A DNA stretch of 64,000 nt from Anaeramoeba ignava BMAN (Eukaryota; Protista; Anaeramoebae): contig JAPDFW010000023.1 in NCBI GenBank assembly GCA_028826165.1, forward strand, positions 1 through 64,000, given 5' to 3'. Position numbers and translations under genes: made by a program. This document shows positions 13,301 to 23,600 of this stretch, piece after piece (positions within the stretch are counted from its first letter, which is position 1; each line of letters begins with the position of its first letter). Below the pieces are notes generated by a model. It was given only the letters and a program-made list of their open reading frames with translations. It searched no databases and was not told the origin of the DNA.

Positions 13301-13738
13301 AAATAAATTTATTAATTTAAAAAAATAATTACTGGCTATTTTTATTTGAATGAAAATTAATTAATTAGTTTTGGAAATAAATATATTAATAATTAATAAA
13401 TTAGAGATTAATTAAATTCAAATTATATTTTTTATTTAAATTTGAAAAATATATATATTAATTTGAAATAAAATTACTTCTTTTTCGTTCATTAATTCTT
13501 GTTCTTTGTTGATTAATTCTTGTTTTTCTTTCATTAATTTTTGTTCTTTGTTAATTAATTCTTGTTTTCCTTTCATTAATTCTTGTTCTTTGTTAATTAA
13601 TTCTTGCTTTCCTTTCATTAATTCTTGTTCTTTGTTAATTAATTCTTGCTTTTCTTTCATTAATTCTTGTTCTTTGTTAATTAATTCTTGTTTTTCTTTC
13701 ATTAATTCTTGTTCTTTTTTTGTAGTAAAATTTTCCAT
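6587..13738 (-). CDS. Multi-exon gene for a coiled-coil + ankyrin-repeat protein (partial model; probably extends in both directions)
   Basis: Phase-0 exons bounded by AG/GT on the minus strand: 13478-13738 (heptad repeat), six 3-nt exons (P,P,K,K,E,P), 12606-12671 ([22 protein letters not shown]), 12243-12344 ([34 protein letters not shown]), three 3-nt exons (E,Y,R), 6587-6682 ([32 protein letters not shown]). The spliced product is open and shows ankyrin motifs (D-x-x-G-x-T-x-L-H ... L-x-x-G-A-D/N-x-N). Confidence 0.8.
6882..6884 (-). CDS. Single-codon microexon AGA (R)
   Basis: TTAG-AGA-GTAAT; occupies the ankyrin 'G' position to give D-E-Y-R-W-S-P-V-H. Confidence 0.55.
6960..11790 (+). 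mobile_element. Degenerate full-length relative of the LINE at 14970-20510 (no ORF left)
   Basis: Colinear matches: 6998 gtatatttattaagattttccattaatttc vs 14999 gtatgtttatgcagactctccattaatttc; 8181 attatcagaaaatcatttcttaatatatttgaaatt identical to 15711; ~8830 matches the GDFN region; ~10120 matches the PLIFG region; ~11740 tgtagaaatctcactt...ttaataaaa vs 20461 tgcaggaatctcactt...ttaataaaa. Confidence 0.9.
7226..7660. repeat. (TATATT)n microsatellite expanded inside the LINE relic
   Basis: About 70 hexamer units; LINE homology resumes on both sides. Confidence 0.95.
11955..12072 (-). CDS. Two single-codon microexons: 12070-12072 GAA (E), 11955-11957 TAT (Y)
   Basis: ATAG-GAA-GTAAA and ATAG-TAT-GTAAA; they fill the ankyrin D-x-x linker. 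Confidence 0.65.
12243..12344 (-). CDS. Ankyrin-repeat exon
   Basis: AAG|AAT GGA GCA ACT...CAA GAT|GTAAAA; 34 codons NGATLLHY...[10 protein letters not shown]. Confidence 0.88.
12606..12671 (-). CDS. 66-nt exon leading into first ankyrin repeat
   Basis: AAG|ATC...TAT|GTAAT; 22 codons, no stop; ends SDY and joins NGATLLHY. Confidence 0.75.
12811..13335 (-). CDS. Cluster of six single-codon microexons: 13333-13335 CCA, 13257-13259 CCT, 13187-13189 AAA, 13044-13046 AAA, 12894-12896 GAA, 12811-12813 CCA
   Basis: Each reads ATAG-NNN-GTAA on the minus strand. They are separated by 67-147-nt introns and lie between two conventional exons of the same gene. Confidence 0.65.
13478..13738 (-). CDS. 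Exon encoding heptad coiled-coil repeats ([14 protein letters not shown])n; 21/42-bp coding minisatellite
   Basis: Part of ORF 13436..13738. GTAATT donor after ...EKE at 13477; AATAG immediately precedes the ATG, so this may be an internal exon. Confidence 0.7.
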
Positions 13739-13829
13739 CTATTTTTATTTTTATTTTTATGTTTTTGTTTTGATATTTTTAAATTAATGAATTTTTTGTA
13801 TTGTTTGTTTTTGGAATAATTAAAATTAA

Positions 13830-14690
13830 TAATATTAATTAATAGTTTATAAATATTTTGATTATTTAAATAATTTAAATAAATAATTTATGTTTAAAAT
13901 AATAATTTAATATTTTTAATTTAATTATTTTTTAATTTTTTAATTTGTTTTTTTTTTTTCCTTTTTTTTTAATAAATAAAATAAATAAAAATTAAATAAT
14001 ATTAATTAAATAATTTATAAATATTTTGATTATTTAAATAATTTAGATAAATAATTTATGTGTAAAATAATAATTTAATATTTTTAATTTAATTTATTTT
14101 TTAATTTTTAATTTGTTTTTTCCTTTTTTTTAATAAATAAAATAAATTTAAATTAAATAATATTAATAAATAATTTATAAATATTTTGATTATTTCTTTT
14201 TTTAGATAAATAATTTATGTTTAAAATATTCAAATTTAATATTTTTAATTTAATTATTTTTAATTTGTTTTTTCCTTTTTTTAATAAATAAAATAAATTG
14301 AAATTAAATCAATATTAATTAATAATTTATAAATATTTTTATTTAAATAATTTAAATAAATAATTTATGTGTAAAATAATAATTTAAAATTTTTTAATTT
14401 AATTATTTTTAATTTTTAATTTTTAATTTATGTTTTTCCTTTTTAATAAATAAAATAAATTTAAATTAAATAATATTAATAAATAATTTATAAATATTTT
14501 GATTATTTAAATAATTTAAGATAAATAATTTATGTTTAAAATAATATTTTAATATTTTTAATTTAATTATTTTTAATTTTTAATTTATGTTTTTTTCTTT
14601 TTTTTAATAAATAAAATAAATTTAAATTAAATAATATTAACAAATAATTTATAAATATTTTGTTTATTTAAATAATTTAGATAAAAAATT
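13830..14690. repeat. ~160-bp AT-rich tandem repeat, 5-6 copies
   Basis: ataaatattttgattatt-like anchor recurs near 13848, 14017, 14177, 14328, 14490, 14651. Confidence 0.8.
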
Positions 14691-14978
14691 TTTAAAAAAT
14701 AAATAAAAAATAAATATTTTTTATTTTGTGTTAACTTTTAAGATGAAAAATGAAAAATGAAAAATTTGTTTTTATTTTTTTAATTAAAAAAAAAGAAAAA
14801 AGAAAAAAGAAAAAAGAAAATTTCTTATTTATTAAGTTTTGAATAAATTTCAAAACAAATTGTTTATTTAATTTCTTTTTCAAAAATGAAATAAAATTGA
14901 TAAAATTGTTCTTAATCATAATTTTGAATTTTTTTAACTAAATTTATTTATTTTATTTTTTTCTTTTCTTTGAAAAAA

Positions 14979-17900
14979 ATGGTCAAATGGGGAAACCTGT
15001 ATGTTTATGCAGACTCTCCATTAATTTCAAAACATGTCTTCTTTGACATATTAAAACCATATAAAATAGTGAGAGGATACTTGAGAAGGAATAAGGATAG
15101 TACCGATGGACACTTTAAAGTAATTCACGATAAGAAAGCAAGAAAAGAACAAAGAAGAACATGGAGAGAAGGTTATTCAATTACAGTATCTAAAGCAAGA
15201 GAGAGTTACACTTCAAAAGAAAATCAACTTGAGAAATTAAAAGAAAAAATAACGGATCGAAATCAACGGTCACATAAAGAAAATATAGAAAAAATAATTT
15301 ATCAAACATTGAATTCAAATAACTTTATTAAGAATCCATTAATAATTAAGAAGAAAGAAATTGAAAACATTCAATCTAATCAAGAGAAACATGAAAATAT
15401 TTTAAATGAGATCAAAGAAACAATACAAAAAGCAATTCCTCAAATGAAATCAAAGAGAATAATTCAAAAAGATTTACAAGAATTTATAAATAAAAGCGTT
15501 AATTATTCTTATTTAAAAACTTATAAACAACATAATCCATATAGTTATCAGAGAACTCACAATTTACAACAAGAAATTTCAGATTCTCTGATTCAACACA
15601 ATTGGGAAATTGATACAAATTTAAGAAAAACAATTAATTATCGAAATTCAAAATATTATATGGAAACAAATTTTAACAAGATACTACAAATTTTAGATTC
15701 ATATAAATTAATTATCAGAAAATCATTTCTTAATATATTTGAAATTCTTAACATCATTAACAATTTTCACCCACTGAGAATCATTCAAAAAGGGAATCAT
15801 CAAGCTGAGATATGGGATCGAAAAAATAACATATTAAATCTTTTTCGAGATTGTAAAAATGAAAGAAATAGAATACCAAGAAATTTCAAAATTCAATTAA
15901 AAACAACAGAAGGAAACAAAATTGAAACAATAAAAGGAACTAAATTAACAAAAATAAATCAATTCTCATTCAGAATAGCATCTATAAATATCAATGGATT
16001 AAATAAAATAGGAAAGATCCAAAAATTAGAAAAAATATTCCTCCAACAAAGAATAACAATTGCTATTATACAAGAAACTCACTTGAGAAAAAGATTATAT
16101 TTTGAAAACTATCATTCATTTGAGAAACAAGGATATGGAACAATAGCACAAGGAGGAATAGCAATAATCATCAAAAAATGTATATCAAAATATGCTCAAG
16201 AAATAAAACATCCAGATAAGGATATTATACAAATTAAAATAGGAGAATTAAATATTATTGGAGTCTATATGAGACATGGAACACAATCTCAAATGATGAG
16301 TCAATTAAACGATATTATTGAAAAATTAGGAGAGGAAAGATATATAATAGCAGGAGATTTTAACCAAACAGACAAAGAAATGGAAAAACATTTCAGATTT
16401 AATACTCAAATAATACATAATACTGAGAATAGTGCAATAAGAAATATTGATCATTTCTGCGTCAAAAATCAAAATAGAGAAATTTTATCACAAACAGTAA
16501 ATATTAATCAAGAAGAAAATCTCTCAGATCATAAAATGATAGTTACAATTGAGAAAATCAATATATTGAGTGAAGAGAGAAAAGAATATTACCAACCGAC
16601 AAAACAACAATTCCAAGATATGATAATAGAAAAATTAATAAAACAAAATTTATCTGAGAAATCAATGCTCAACATTTCAATAATTAAAAATGTAAAAGAA
16701 AAATTCAAAAAAAGAAGTATCATCCATATAAATACAAAAAATAAGATAGGAATTAACTTAACAGAATTTAACTCAAAAAATAAATATAATTGGAAACAAG
16801 CTCTGAGGAAAAGGTGGAGAGAAACCATGAGAGGGATAGAAATAGATAACCAAAGCAAAACAAACTATTGGACAGAAGTAAAAAGGATAACAAAAGCTAG
16901 AAAAGATATTATATTTAATAATAATGAAAAAGAAAAAGAATTTAAACAACTTATAGATAAAATTAAAATTCCAGTTCAAGAATCAATACTTCAAGAAATA
17001 GAAAATAAAATAATAAATATAGAACCTGATATAAGATCAATCAAACAAATATTTCCCCATGATAAATTAATAAAAACAATTCAAAACTCAAGAAATAGTT
17101 CTACTTGTGATTATGATAAAATCGAAATGTATCAAAATCCTTATATTGAAAGAGAACATCCAAAATATTATGAATTTATCAAATCAGTAAACAGAATGAT
17201 GAGAGAATGGATAAGAGATCCCAACCAAGAAGTAATAAAATATATGCTTTCAAGAAGAATGGTGTTCATCTTTAAACAAGGGGATCCTAACCAAATCTCT
17301 AATTATCGCCCAATATCTATAAATAATGCTTTAGTAAGAATATTTTTGAAAAGAATACTTGAAGAAATTGAACCAATATGGGAATACATCTCGTATCAAC
17401 AAATGGGTTTTAGAAAAATGATGGATACAAGAATAGCAGTCTTAGAGTTACAAAAGAAATTGAAAGAAATAAAAGAACCATATATAATAAGTATAGACAT
17501 TCAAAAATGTTTTGATACTATTGATCATGGATTAATTAGAAAAGTTATTAATAAATTCATCAGCAATAATAATATTAAAAAACTATTAAATGAATATTAT
17601 AAGGGAAATGGATGTGGCATCTATCAAGGAGATCCATTATCACCTTTAATATTTGGAATGGTCAGTCACTTTATAATTGAGGAAATAAAAATAAGGGTTG
17701 ATCATATACAAATGTATGCTGATGATATGATACTATTAGTAAAAAATTCTTATAATAAAGTCATAACTAAAGTTCAATCAATATTACAAATTCTTGAAAA
17801 TTATGGATTAAGACCTAATAAAAATAAAACTATAATAACAAAACAAAAAAGAAATGTTAAATATCTTGGGATTATACTTGATGCAAAGAAACATATAGAA

Positions 17901-18950
17901 AATAATATAGAAAAATGTGAAAAAACTTTTCAAAAATTGAGATTTATAATACAATCCAACCAAATTTCTAATCACTTGAAAATTATAATTTATAAAATGA
18001 CGATTCTTCCACAACTATATTATGGCACAGAGGCATTAATACTCAGAAAGAAACAATATCAAAAAATGGATTTAATGGTGAACAAACATATGAAATTAAT
18101 TTTAAAAATAAACTTTCATTCACCTACGCTTACCTTTCGAAATGAAACGAATACCCCCAGTTCCAGAACACAAATAAATGTGCGTAGGTGGAAAATAAGA
18201 GAAAAATTAGATAAAATTGAAAAATCAGAACTTAAAGAATTATGTCCAATCTTCACAAATGAAAGAGAGAGAAATGATAAAATATGGGAGAATCAAAACT
18301 TGAAAATCATCCAAAAATATTTATGTTTAGCAAGGCACCAAGAAATGAGTATCAATTCAGGATGGAAAACAATAGCCTATTCAGAAATTACTAAATTAGA
18401 ACCTAAAAAACCAAAAATAAAAACATATTTAAAATATCAAAAAAGTACTATATTAATGAAATTAAGAATATTCACAAATGGACTTAAATCATATAGCCAC
18501 CACATGAGAAATAGTGATGTGAAATGTCCATGTTGTGGAGAAGAAGAAGAAACATTGGATCATTTTTTTTGGAAATGTCCAATGTATCAAGAGATAAGAA
18601 ATAAATGGTTGAAATCAATACATCCAATAAAACAAACAATTAAATTAATGAAAGAAATTAGCAGAAAGGGAATATATGACAAAACTATAGAATATATTCA
18701 AAAAGCTTTTGAGATTAGATCAGAAATGATAATGGATGAGAATATAATTGAGATAGATGAAGAGAATATTGGAAATGAAGAAAGAAATCAAAATGAAAAT
18801 CAACAACAAAGTGACATGAATAATGAAAATAATGAGAATAATAGAGGTTGGGATGGAATCCCTCTTGGTTCGCGGATATCTATATTTGGTCGCGGATGTT
18901 CTTTTGTATCCACGAACAAAAAATTATCCTCGAAATTTTTTTTTCCGTAG
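14979..18950 (+). CDS. LINE polyprotein: RRM-like N-terminus, AP endonuclease, reverse transcriptase, CCHC zinc knuckle (last ~35 aa are read-through into the inserted transposon)
   Basis: APE motifs SININGL, IQETH, GGIAII, IIAGDFN, IDH, SDH; RT motifs NYRPISI, QMGFR, DIQKCFD, QGDPLSP, YADD, KYLGI; CPCC-x8-H-x4-C. First ATG at 14979. Confidence 0.95.
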   Translation: MVKWGNLYVYADSPLISKHVFFDILKPYKIVRGYLRRNKDSTDGHFKVIHDKKARKEQRRTWREGYSITVSKARESYTSKENQLEKLKEKITDRNQRSHKENIEKIIYQTLNSNNFIKNPLIIKKKEIENIQSNQEKHENILNEIKETIQKAIPQMKSKRIIQKDLQEFINKSVNYSYLKTYKQHNPYSYQRTHNLQQEISDSLIQHNWEIDTNLRKTINYRNSKYYMETNFNKILQILDSYKLIIRKSFLNIFEILNIINNFHPLRIIQKGNHQAEIWDRKNNILNLFRDCKNERNRIPRNFKIQLKTTEGNKIETIKGTKLTKINQFSFRIASININGLNKIGKIQKLEKIFLQQRITIAIIQETHLRKRLYFENYHSFEKQGYGTIAQGGIAIIIKKCISKYAQEIKHPDKDIIQIKIGELNIIGVYMRHGTQSQMMSQLNDIIEKLGEERYIIAGDFNQTDKEMEKHFRFNTQIIHNTENSAIRNIDHFCVKNQNREILSQTVNINQEENLSDHKMIVTIEKINILSEERKEYYQPTKQQFQDMIIEKLIKQNLSEKSMLNISIIKNVKEKFKKRSIIHINTKNKIGINLTEFNSKNKYNWKQALRKRWRETMRGIEIDNQSKTNYWTEVKRITKARKDIIFNNNEKEKEFKQLIDKIKIPVQESILQEIENKIINIEPDIRSIKQIFPHDKLIKTIQNSRNSSTCDYDKIEMYQNPYIEREHPKYYEFIKSVNRMMREWIRDPNQEVIKYMLSRRMVFIFKQGDPNQISNYRPISINNALVRIFLKRILEEIEPIWEYISYQQMGFRKMMDTRIAVLELQKKLKEIKEPYIISIDIQKCFDTIDHGLIRKVINKFISNNNIKKLLNEYYKGNGCGIYQGDPLSPLIFGMVSHFIIEEIKIRVDHIQMYADDMILLVKNSYNKVITKVQSILQILENYGLRPNKNKTIITKQKRNVKYLGIILDAKKHIENNIEKCEKTFQKLRFIIQSNQISNHLKIIIYKMTILPQLYYGTEALILRKKQYQKMDLMVNKHMKLILKINFHSPTLTFRNETNTPSSRTQINVRRWKIREKLDKIEKSELKELCPIFTNERERNDKIWENQNLKIIQKYLCLARHQEMSINSGWKTIAYSEITKLEPKKPKIKTYLKYQKSTILMKLRIFTNGLKSYSHHMRNSDVKCPCCGEEEETLDHFFWKCPMYQEIRNKWLKSIHPIKQTIKLMKEISRKGIYDKTIEYIQKAFEIRSEMIMDENIIEIDEENIGNEERNQNENQQQSDMNNENNENNRGWDGIPLGSRISIFGRGCSFVSTNKKLSSKFFFP

Positions 18951-19909
18951 ATGTTAATTGAGATTCGCGAAAAATGATTAATTCGCTAAAATGAGGAAGT
19001 TCGGAAAATGTCCCTATTTGATCTCGGTGAATTATTTTGAAAAAAATTATTTTTGATCATTTTTTTCTTATGGAAAATTCGTTTTAATTTTATCAAAATT
19101 CTCAATAAAATCGCTAACCAATTCTTCTTGAAGAATTTTCTGATAGTGAAGAAGAAATTAGAGATTTTGATTCAATAAAATTTGAAGAACTGCAAGCAAC
19201 TAATAATGAACAGAGATTAGAAATTCTAACCAATTTTGGATTTCAAGATTTTCTCAGTTTATTTCAATTAGTCGAACTCGATTTTCAATATCAGGGAAGA
19301 GGAGCTAGAAGAATGAAGCAAACAAATGAAACAACTTTTCTCATGGCCTTGGTATGGAAGATTTTTTCAAGAATATTCATTAATAGTTGATAAAGCATAT
19401 TATGATCTTCAAAATGAAATTCAAATTGTGATCCCTTTCAAAAAACCGAGAGGATGTGAACTCAATCAAGAAGAACATTTTTTTAATGTTAGATTATCTT
19501 CTCTTTGGATCCAAATTGAGCATTATTACGGAAGATTAAAAGTTCTATGGTCATGCATGTCCAATAATTGGTGTGGAGAAAGAGAATATTTTTATCAAAA
19601 AGTTTTTGGAGTTTGTGTTTCCTTAACTAATTTTGAGATTCGATCTGGCCATCCTCTATCTTATAATGATTAAATTAAAAAGAAGAACAACAATCATTTT
19701 CATTTTTCAAACAATAATTTTTTTTCATAACAAATCTCTTTCTTTTTTTTTCTCATTTCAATTCCTTTTTCCTTTTGGAAATGAAAGAAAATAAAAAATT
19801 CTCAAAAAAAAATTTTTTTTTATTCCGAACAACTTAAAATAAGCGGAAATCAATTTTTTCGCGAATAGATTGATTTCCGCGAACCAGAGGGGATTCCATC
19901 CCAACCTCT
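18843..19909 (+). mobile_element. Internally deleted PIF/Harbinger-superfamily DNA transposon (~1.07 kb)
   Basis: Terminal inverted repeats AGAGGTTGGGATGGAATCCCTCTTGGTTCGCGGA and TCCGCGAACCAGAGGGGATTCCATCCCAACCTCT; flanking AAT...AAT duplication (alternatively TA); carries a transposase fragment. Confidence 0.9.
19120..19673 (+). pseudogene. Harbinger/IS5-type DDE transposase remnant
   Basis: C-terminal part LIVDKAY...PFKKP...FN..LSS...IEHYYGRLK..W matches the DDE_Tnp_4-type pattern. An upstream frame gives LTNFGFQDFLSLF...GRG...FLMALVW (HTH-like), joined out of frame near 19357; the middle of the catalytic domain is missing. Confidence 0.82.
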
Positions 19910-20350
19910 AATGATGAAAATAATAAGAATAATAATGAAATTAATAATGAAATTAATAATGAAAACAATAATGAAAATGATAATGAGAATAAAAACAAAC
20001 CCAAAAAGGTAAGGAACAAATCAAAAAAGAAGAAATCAAATCAAAAAGAAATGAAGATCAAAAAAAAGAAAAAGAAAGAAAGAAAAAAGAAAGAGAAAAA
20101 GAAAGAGAAAAAGAAAAAGAACAAAAAAAGAGAAACCAATGAAAAAGAGAAAAAAACAAAGATAATAAAGAGTAATAACAGAAGAAGAAATCTAAGAAAA
20201 AATCCAGAGAAAACTTGGAAATATCAATTATCGAAAATATCTGAATCAGATTCAGAATCAGAAACAAAGTCATGGGAAAAAGAATCGGAATATGATACAG
20301 ATTATGCTCCAGATTCTTCTTCCTTGGAAAGCTCAATAGAGAGCGACTAA
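19910..20350 (+). CDS. Displaced C-terminus of the LINE ORF (Asn-rich, Lys-rich, then acidic tail)
   Basis: Open from 19910 through ORF 20051..20350, and in frame with the main ORF once the transposon plus one target duplication is removed. Confidence 0.8.
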   Translation, partial: NDENNKNNNEINNEINNENNNENDNENKNKPKKVRNKSKKKKSNQKEMKIKKKKKKERKKKEKKKEKKKKNKKRETNEKEKKTKIIKSNNRRRNLRKNPEKTWKYQLSKISESDSESETKSWEKESEYDTDYAPDSSSLESSIESD

Positions 20351-20699
20351 ATATAGTCAAAAATGAGATGTTCCACTTACTCTTCTTTTTTAAAGTTTTT
20401 AAATTTTTTTTTATCTTCATTTCTTATTTTTCATTTCAAAAATTATTTACAAAAGAAGCATGCAGGAATCTCACTTGAGATTTCCTTAATAAAATCAAAT
20501 CAAAATCTAAATTTATTTATTTTTTCCAAATAAAAATCAATTAAAATATTTTTTTTGAAAGAATTTATAAATAAATTAAATCTATTTAAATATTGAATTT
20601 CTTTCTATTTTTTTTTTGGAAATAATTTAATAATAATTTTTAAATCAAAACAATTCAATTCTATCTATTTTTTTTTGGAATTTAAATATTAATTCTATT

Positions 20700-23600
20700 A
20701 ACAAAAAAGAGAAAATTTTTGAATATTTTATATTTTGTAATAAAAAATCAAGAAATATTTCTTTTTTTGGAAATGTTTTGATTTGAGTTTGAGGTTTATA
20801 AAGGAAATAAATTTGGAAATAAATTTGGAAATTTTGTTGAATAAGAAAGGAATGAATGAATAAATAAATAATAAATAGTTTTTTTCAAAGTTATTCAAAA
20901 GTAGAATTAAATAAAATCTTCCAAAATTTGAAGATAAATATTTTAAAGAAGATTTGTTGAGTATTTATATAATAATTGATTTATCTTTATAATATTTGTG
21001 AATTTGGAAATATTTTGAAATCAAATTTGTTTTGAATTATATTTTGGATTAAGTAAATGAACAGATATCATGTTTTTTAAAAAGAATTTTGAATATTTCT
21101 TGATTAAATTGATTTAAATAATAAATTAAATAAGAGTTAGAATTTTGATATTTATATCATTTTCCAATATTTAAGTAAAGAGAATTGAAATTTAAAAGTG
21201 ATTTGGGGATTTTGAAGATTATTTTCATTTGTTTCATTTTGTTTTTCCAATAAGGATTTAATTTCTCAATTTTAAAGAAGTTAGAATTTATAAATAATTT
21301 TTTTTGTTGTTGTTAAATAATTAAGATTAATGAACAGAAATAACTTGTTATTGTTTAGAATTTTGTGAATTTAAATTGGATTTGAAATTGAATTTAATAT
21401 TTTGAAAAAGAATTTTCTTGTTTGATATTAATGGAAATCTTTTCAAAATGGAATGATTAATAAATATTTATGATTAGGAATTTTGTAACTTTATCAATTA
21501 TTTTGGAGAAATGAAGAATAATTTTGTATTAAATTAAATTAAATTAAATTAAATTAAATTAAATTAAATTAAATTAAATTAAATTTATTGATAAAATTGA
21601 GTTCTATCTATTATATTTTTTGAATAGATTAAATAGAAGTATATTTCCTTGAAATAAATAAAGAATTTGTGAATATTATTGAAATTATTAAGAAATGTAT
21701 TTTCAATTCAATTCAATTCAATTTAATATTCTTTTTCTTGAAGAAAATAATTGAATAATAATTTTTGAAATGGAAATAAATAATATTCTGGAAACTGGAA
21801 ATATTTCTAAAGAGAAAGGATATATAAATTATTCAAAAATGTTGTTGAATTTTGTTAATTTTGTTTTAAAATATAAAAAGTTGTAATTAATCATCAATTT
21901 CAAAATATTTGTGGAAAATATTCTTTTTGTGTGTGTATTGAATAATTGATATTTACAAATAAAAGGAGAAATATTTTGTGAAGATTTGTGAAAATAAGTA
22001 TTCATTGATATCAGTAATTTTTTATTCAAAAAAAAATATTCAAGAAATATATTTTGATTTTATCTTTTTTTTCAGTTTCAAGAAAATGGAAAAATTTCCA
22101 TAATTTCAATATTTGGTTAATTGTTTATTTGTGATATTTTGATTCAAGAAAGAAATAAATATCCAAATTATTGTTTTAAGTTATTGAATATATGTATCAA
22201 GTGTTTCCAATGCAAAAGTAAATTGAAGATATTTAAATAATTTTCATAAATTCTTGAAATAATAAAAATGGAAATAAGTATTTCTGTTTATGGATTAAAT
22301 TGTTGAATATATGTAAGATAGATATTTTAGTTGTTGATAATAATTCAAATTCTTCTTTCTTTTCATAATATAAATAAAATAAAATAATCTTGAAAAATTG
22401 TGAGATTTGAGAAATATTGATTAAATTGGAAGAAAATATTTCTGTAATGATGTAAACAGTTAGAAAGTTTGTTTTTGAAAGGGAAATGAATGAAAATTGT
22501 TGTATATTCAATATTAAAAGATCAAATAATTGTTGAAATATTTTGGAAATCAAGAATATTTTCTTTTCTTTTCATTGTAAATGTTTCAATTTGTGGATTA
22601 TCTCTTAATTGTTATTCTATTTTTTTCTTAATAGAAAAATTTATATTAAATAAAATTCTTTCTTTCTTTCTTTCTTCTTTTAAATTTCTTTTTAAAATAT
22701 CCAGTAATGTTAAATATCAATACTTTTCATTTAATTCAAATATTAAAATGAATTCTGTAATAAGATCTATAAAAAAAACAGGAGAAACAAATAAGAATTA
22801 ATAAAATATTTCATGTGTTAATTATAGATTTTAAGGAAATATTTTGGTTATTAATTTAATTCCACAAATTTCTTCTTCTTCTTCTTTTTCGAATAAGAAA
22901 TAACATTAAAAAGAGAATATAAAGGTTTTTCTTTATAATATCAATAAATAGATTATGAAAATACAGTAAGTTTGTTATTGTTTGTTTTATGTTAAATTCT
23001 TTTTTTGATTTTGAAATGTAGAATTGTTTTAAAATATCAATTTTTAAGTTCTTTTTCTTCTGTAAAATATTCCATAATAATATTTGGTTTTATCTTGATA
23101 TTTGATTTATTGATTTCAAATTTTTTTCCAATTAGATTCAATCTATTTTCTTTGTGTTTCTATTCAAAGATTCTGTTTTAATATCAATTTTATCAACTGA
23201 AATATATTTTTTTTATTGTATTATTTTTGAATTGAGAAAAGAGATATAATGTTATTGGTGAATTTTTTTTTTGATTTAATACAAAGGTGAAAACTTGAAT
23301 ATTTATCAATTTGATTTCCTTTTTCTTTTATTATTATTTTTTTTGTTTTTGTAATTAAATTTTCATAATCAAAATTAATGTAAATTTGATTTGATTTATT
23401 TTAAATATTATGAAGAGATATATTTATTTTGTTGATTATAATTTTGTTTGAATTTCATTTCAATTTGTAAATAATTTGATAATTTAAATTATTTGTGTTT
23501 TGATAATTGAAATTTATTGTTAGATTTCTTTTTTTGTAGAAAATGTATCAATTTTGATTTTTTGATTTGGGAATTTTGTTTCATAATTTTATTCAATTAA

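Larger units (their letters stand above)
14970..20510 (+). mobile_element. Non-LTR retrotransposon (LINE, APE-type), single ORF, interrupted by a DNA transposon
   Basis: APE + RT + CCHC ORF; short 3' UTR with stem-loop and AATAAA near 20464-20493. The 5' boundary and target-site duplication were not resolved. Confidence 0.93.

Noticed and set aside
13506-13787. Plus-strand 93-aa ORF (INSCSLL repeats)
   Set aside because: Antisense shadow of the coiled-coil exon.
16589-20420. Minus-strand ORFs overlapping the LINE (16589, 16773, 17808, 19834, 20058)
   Set aside because: Antisense shadows of A-rich coding sequence with no motifs.
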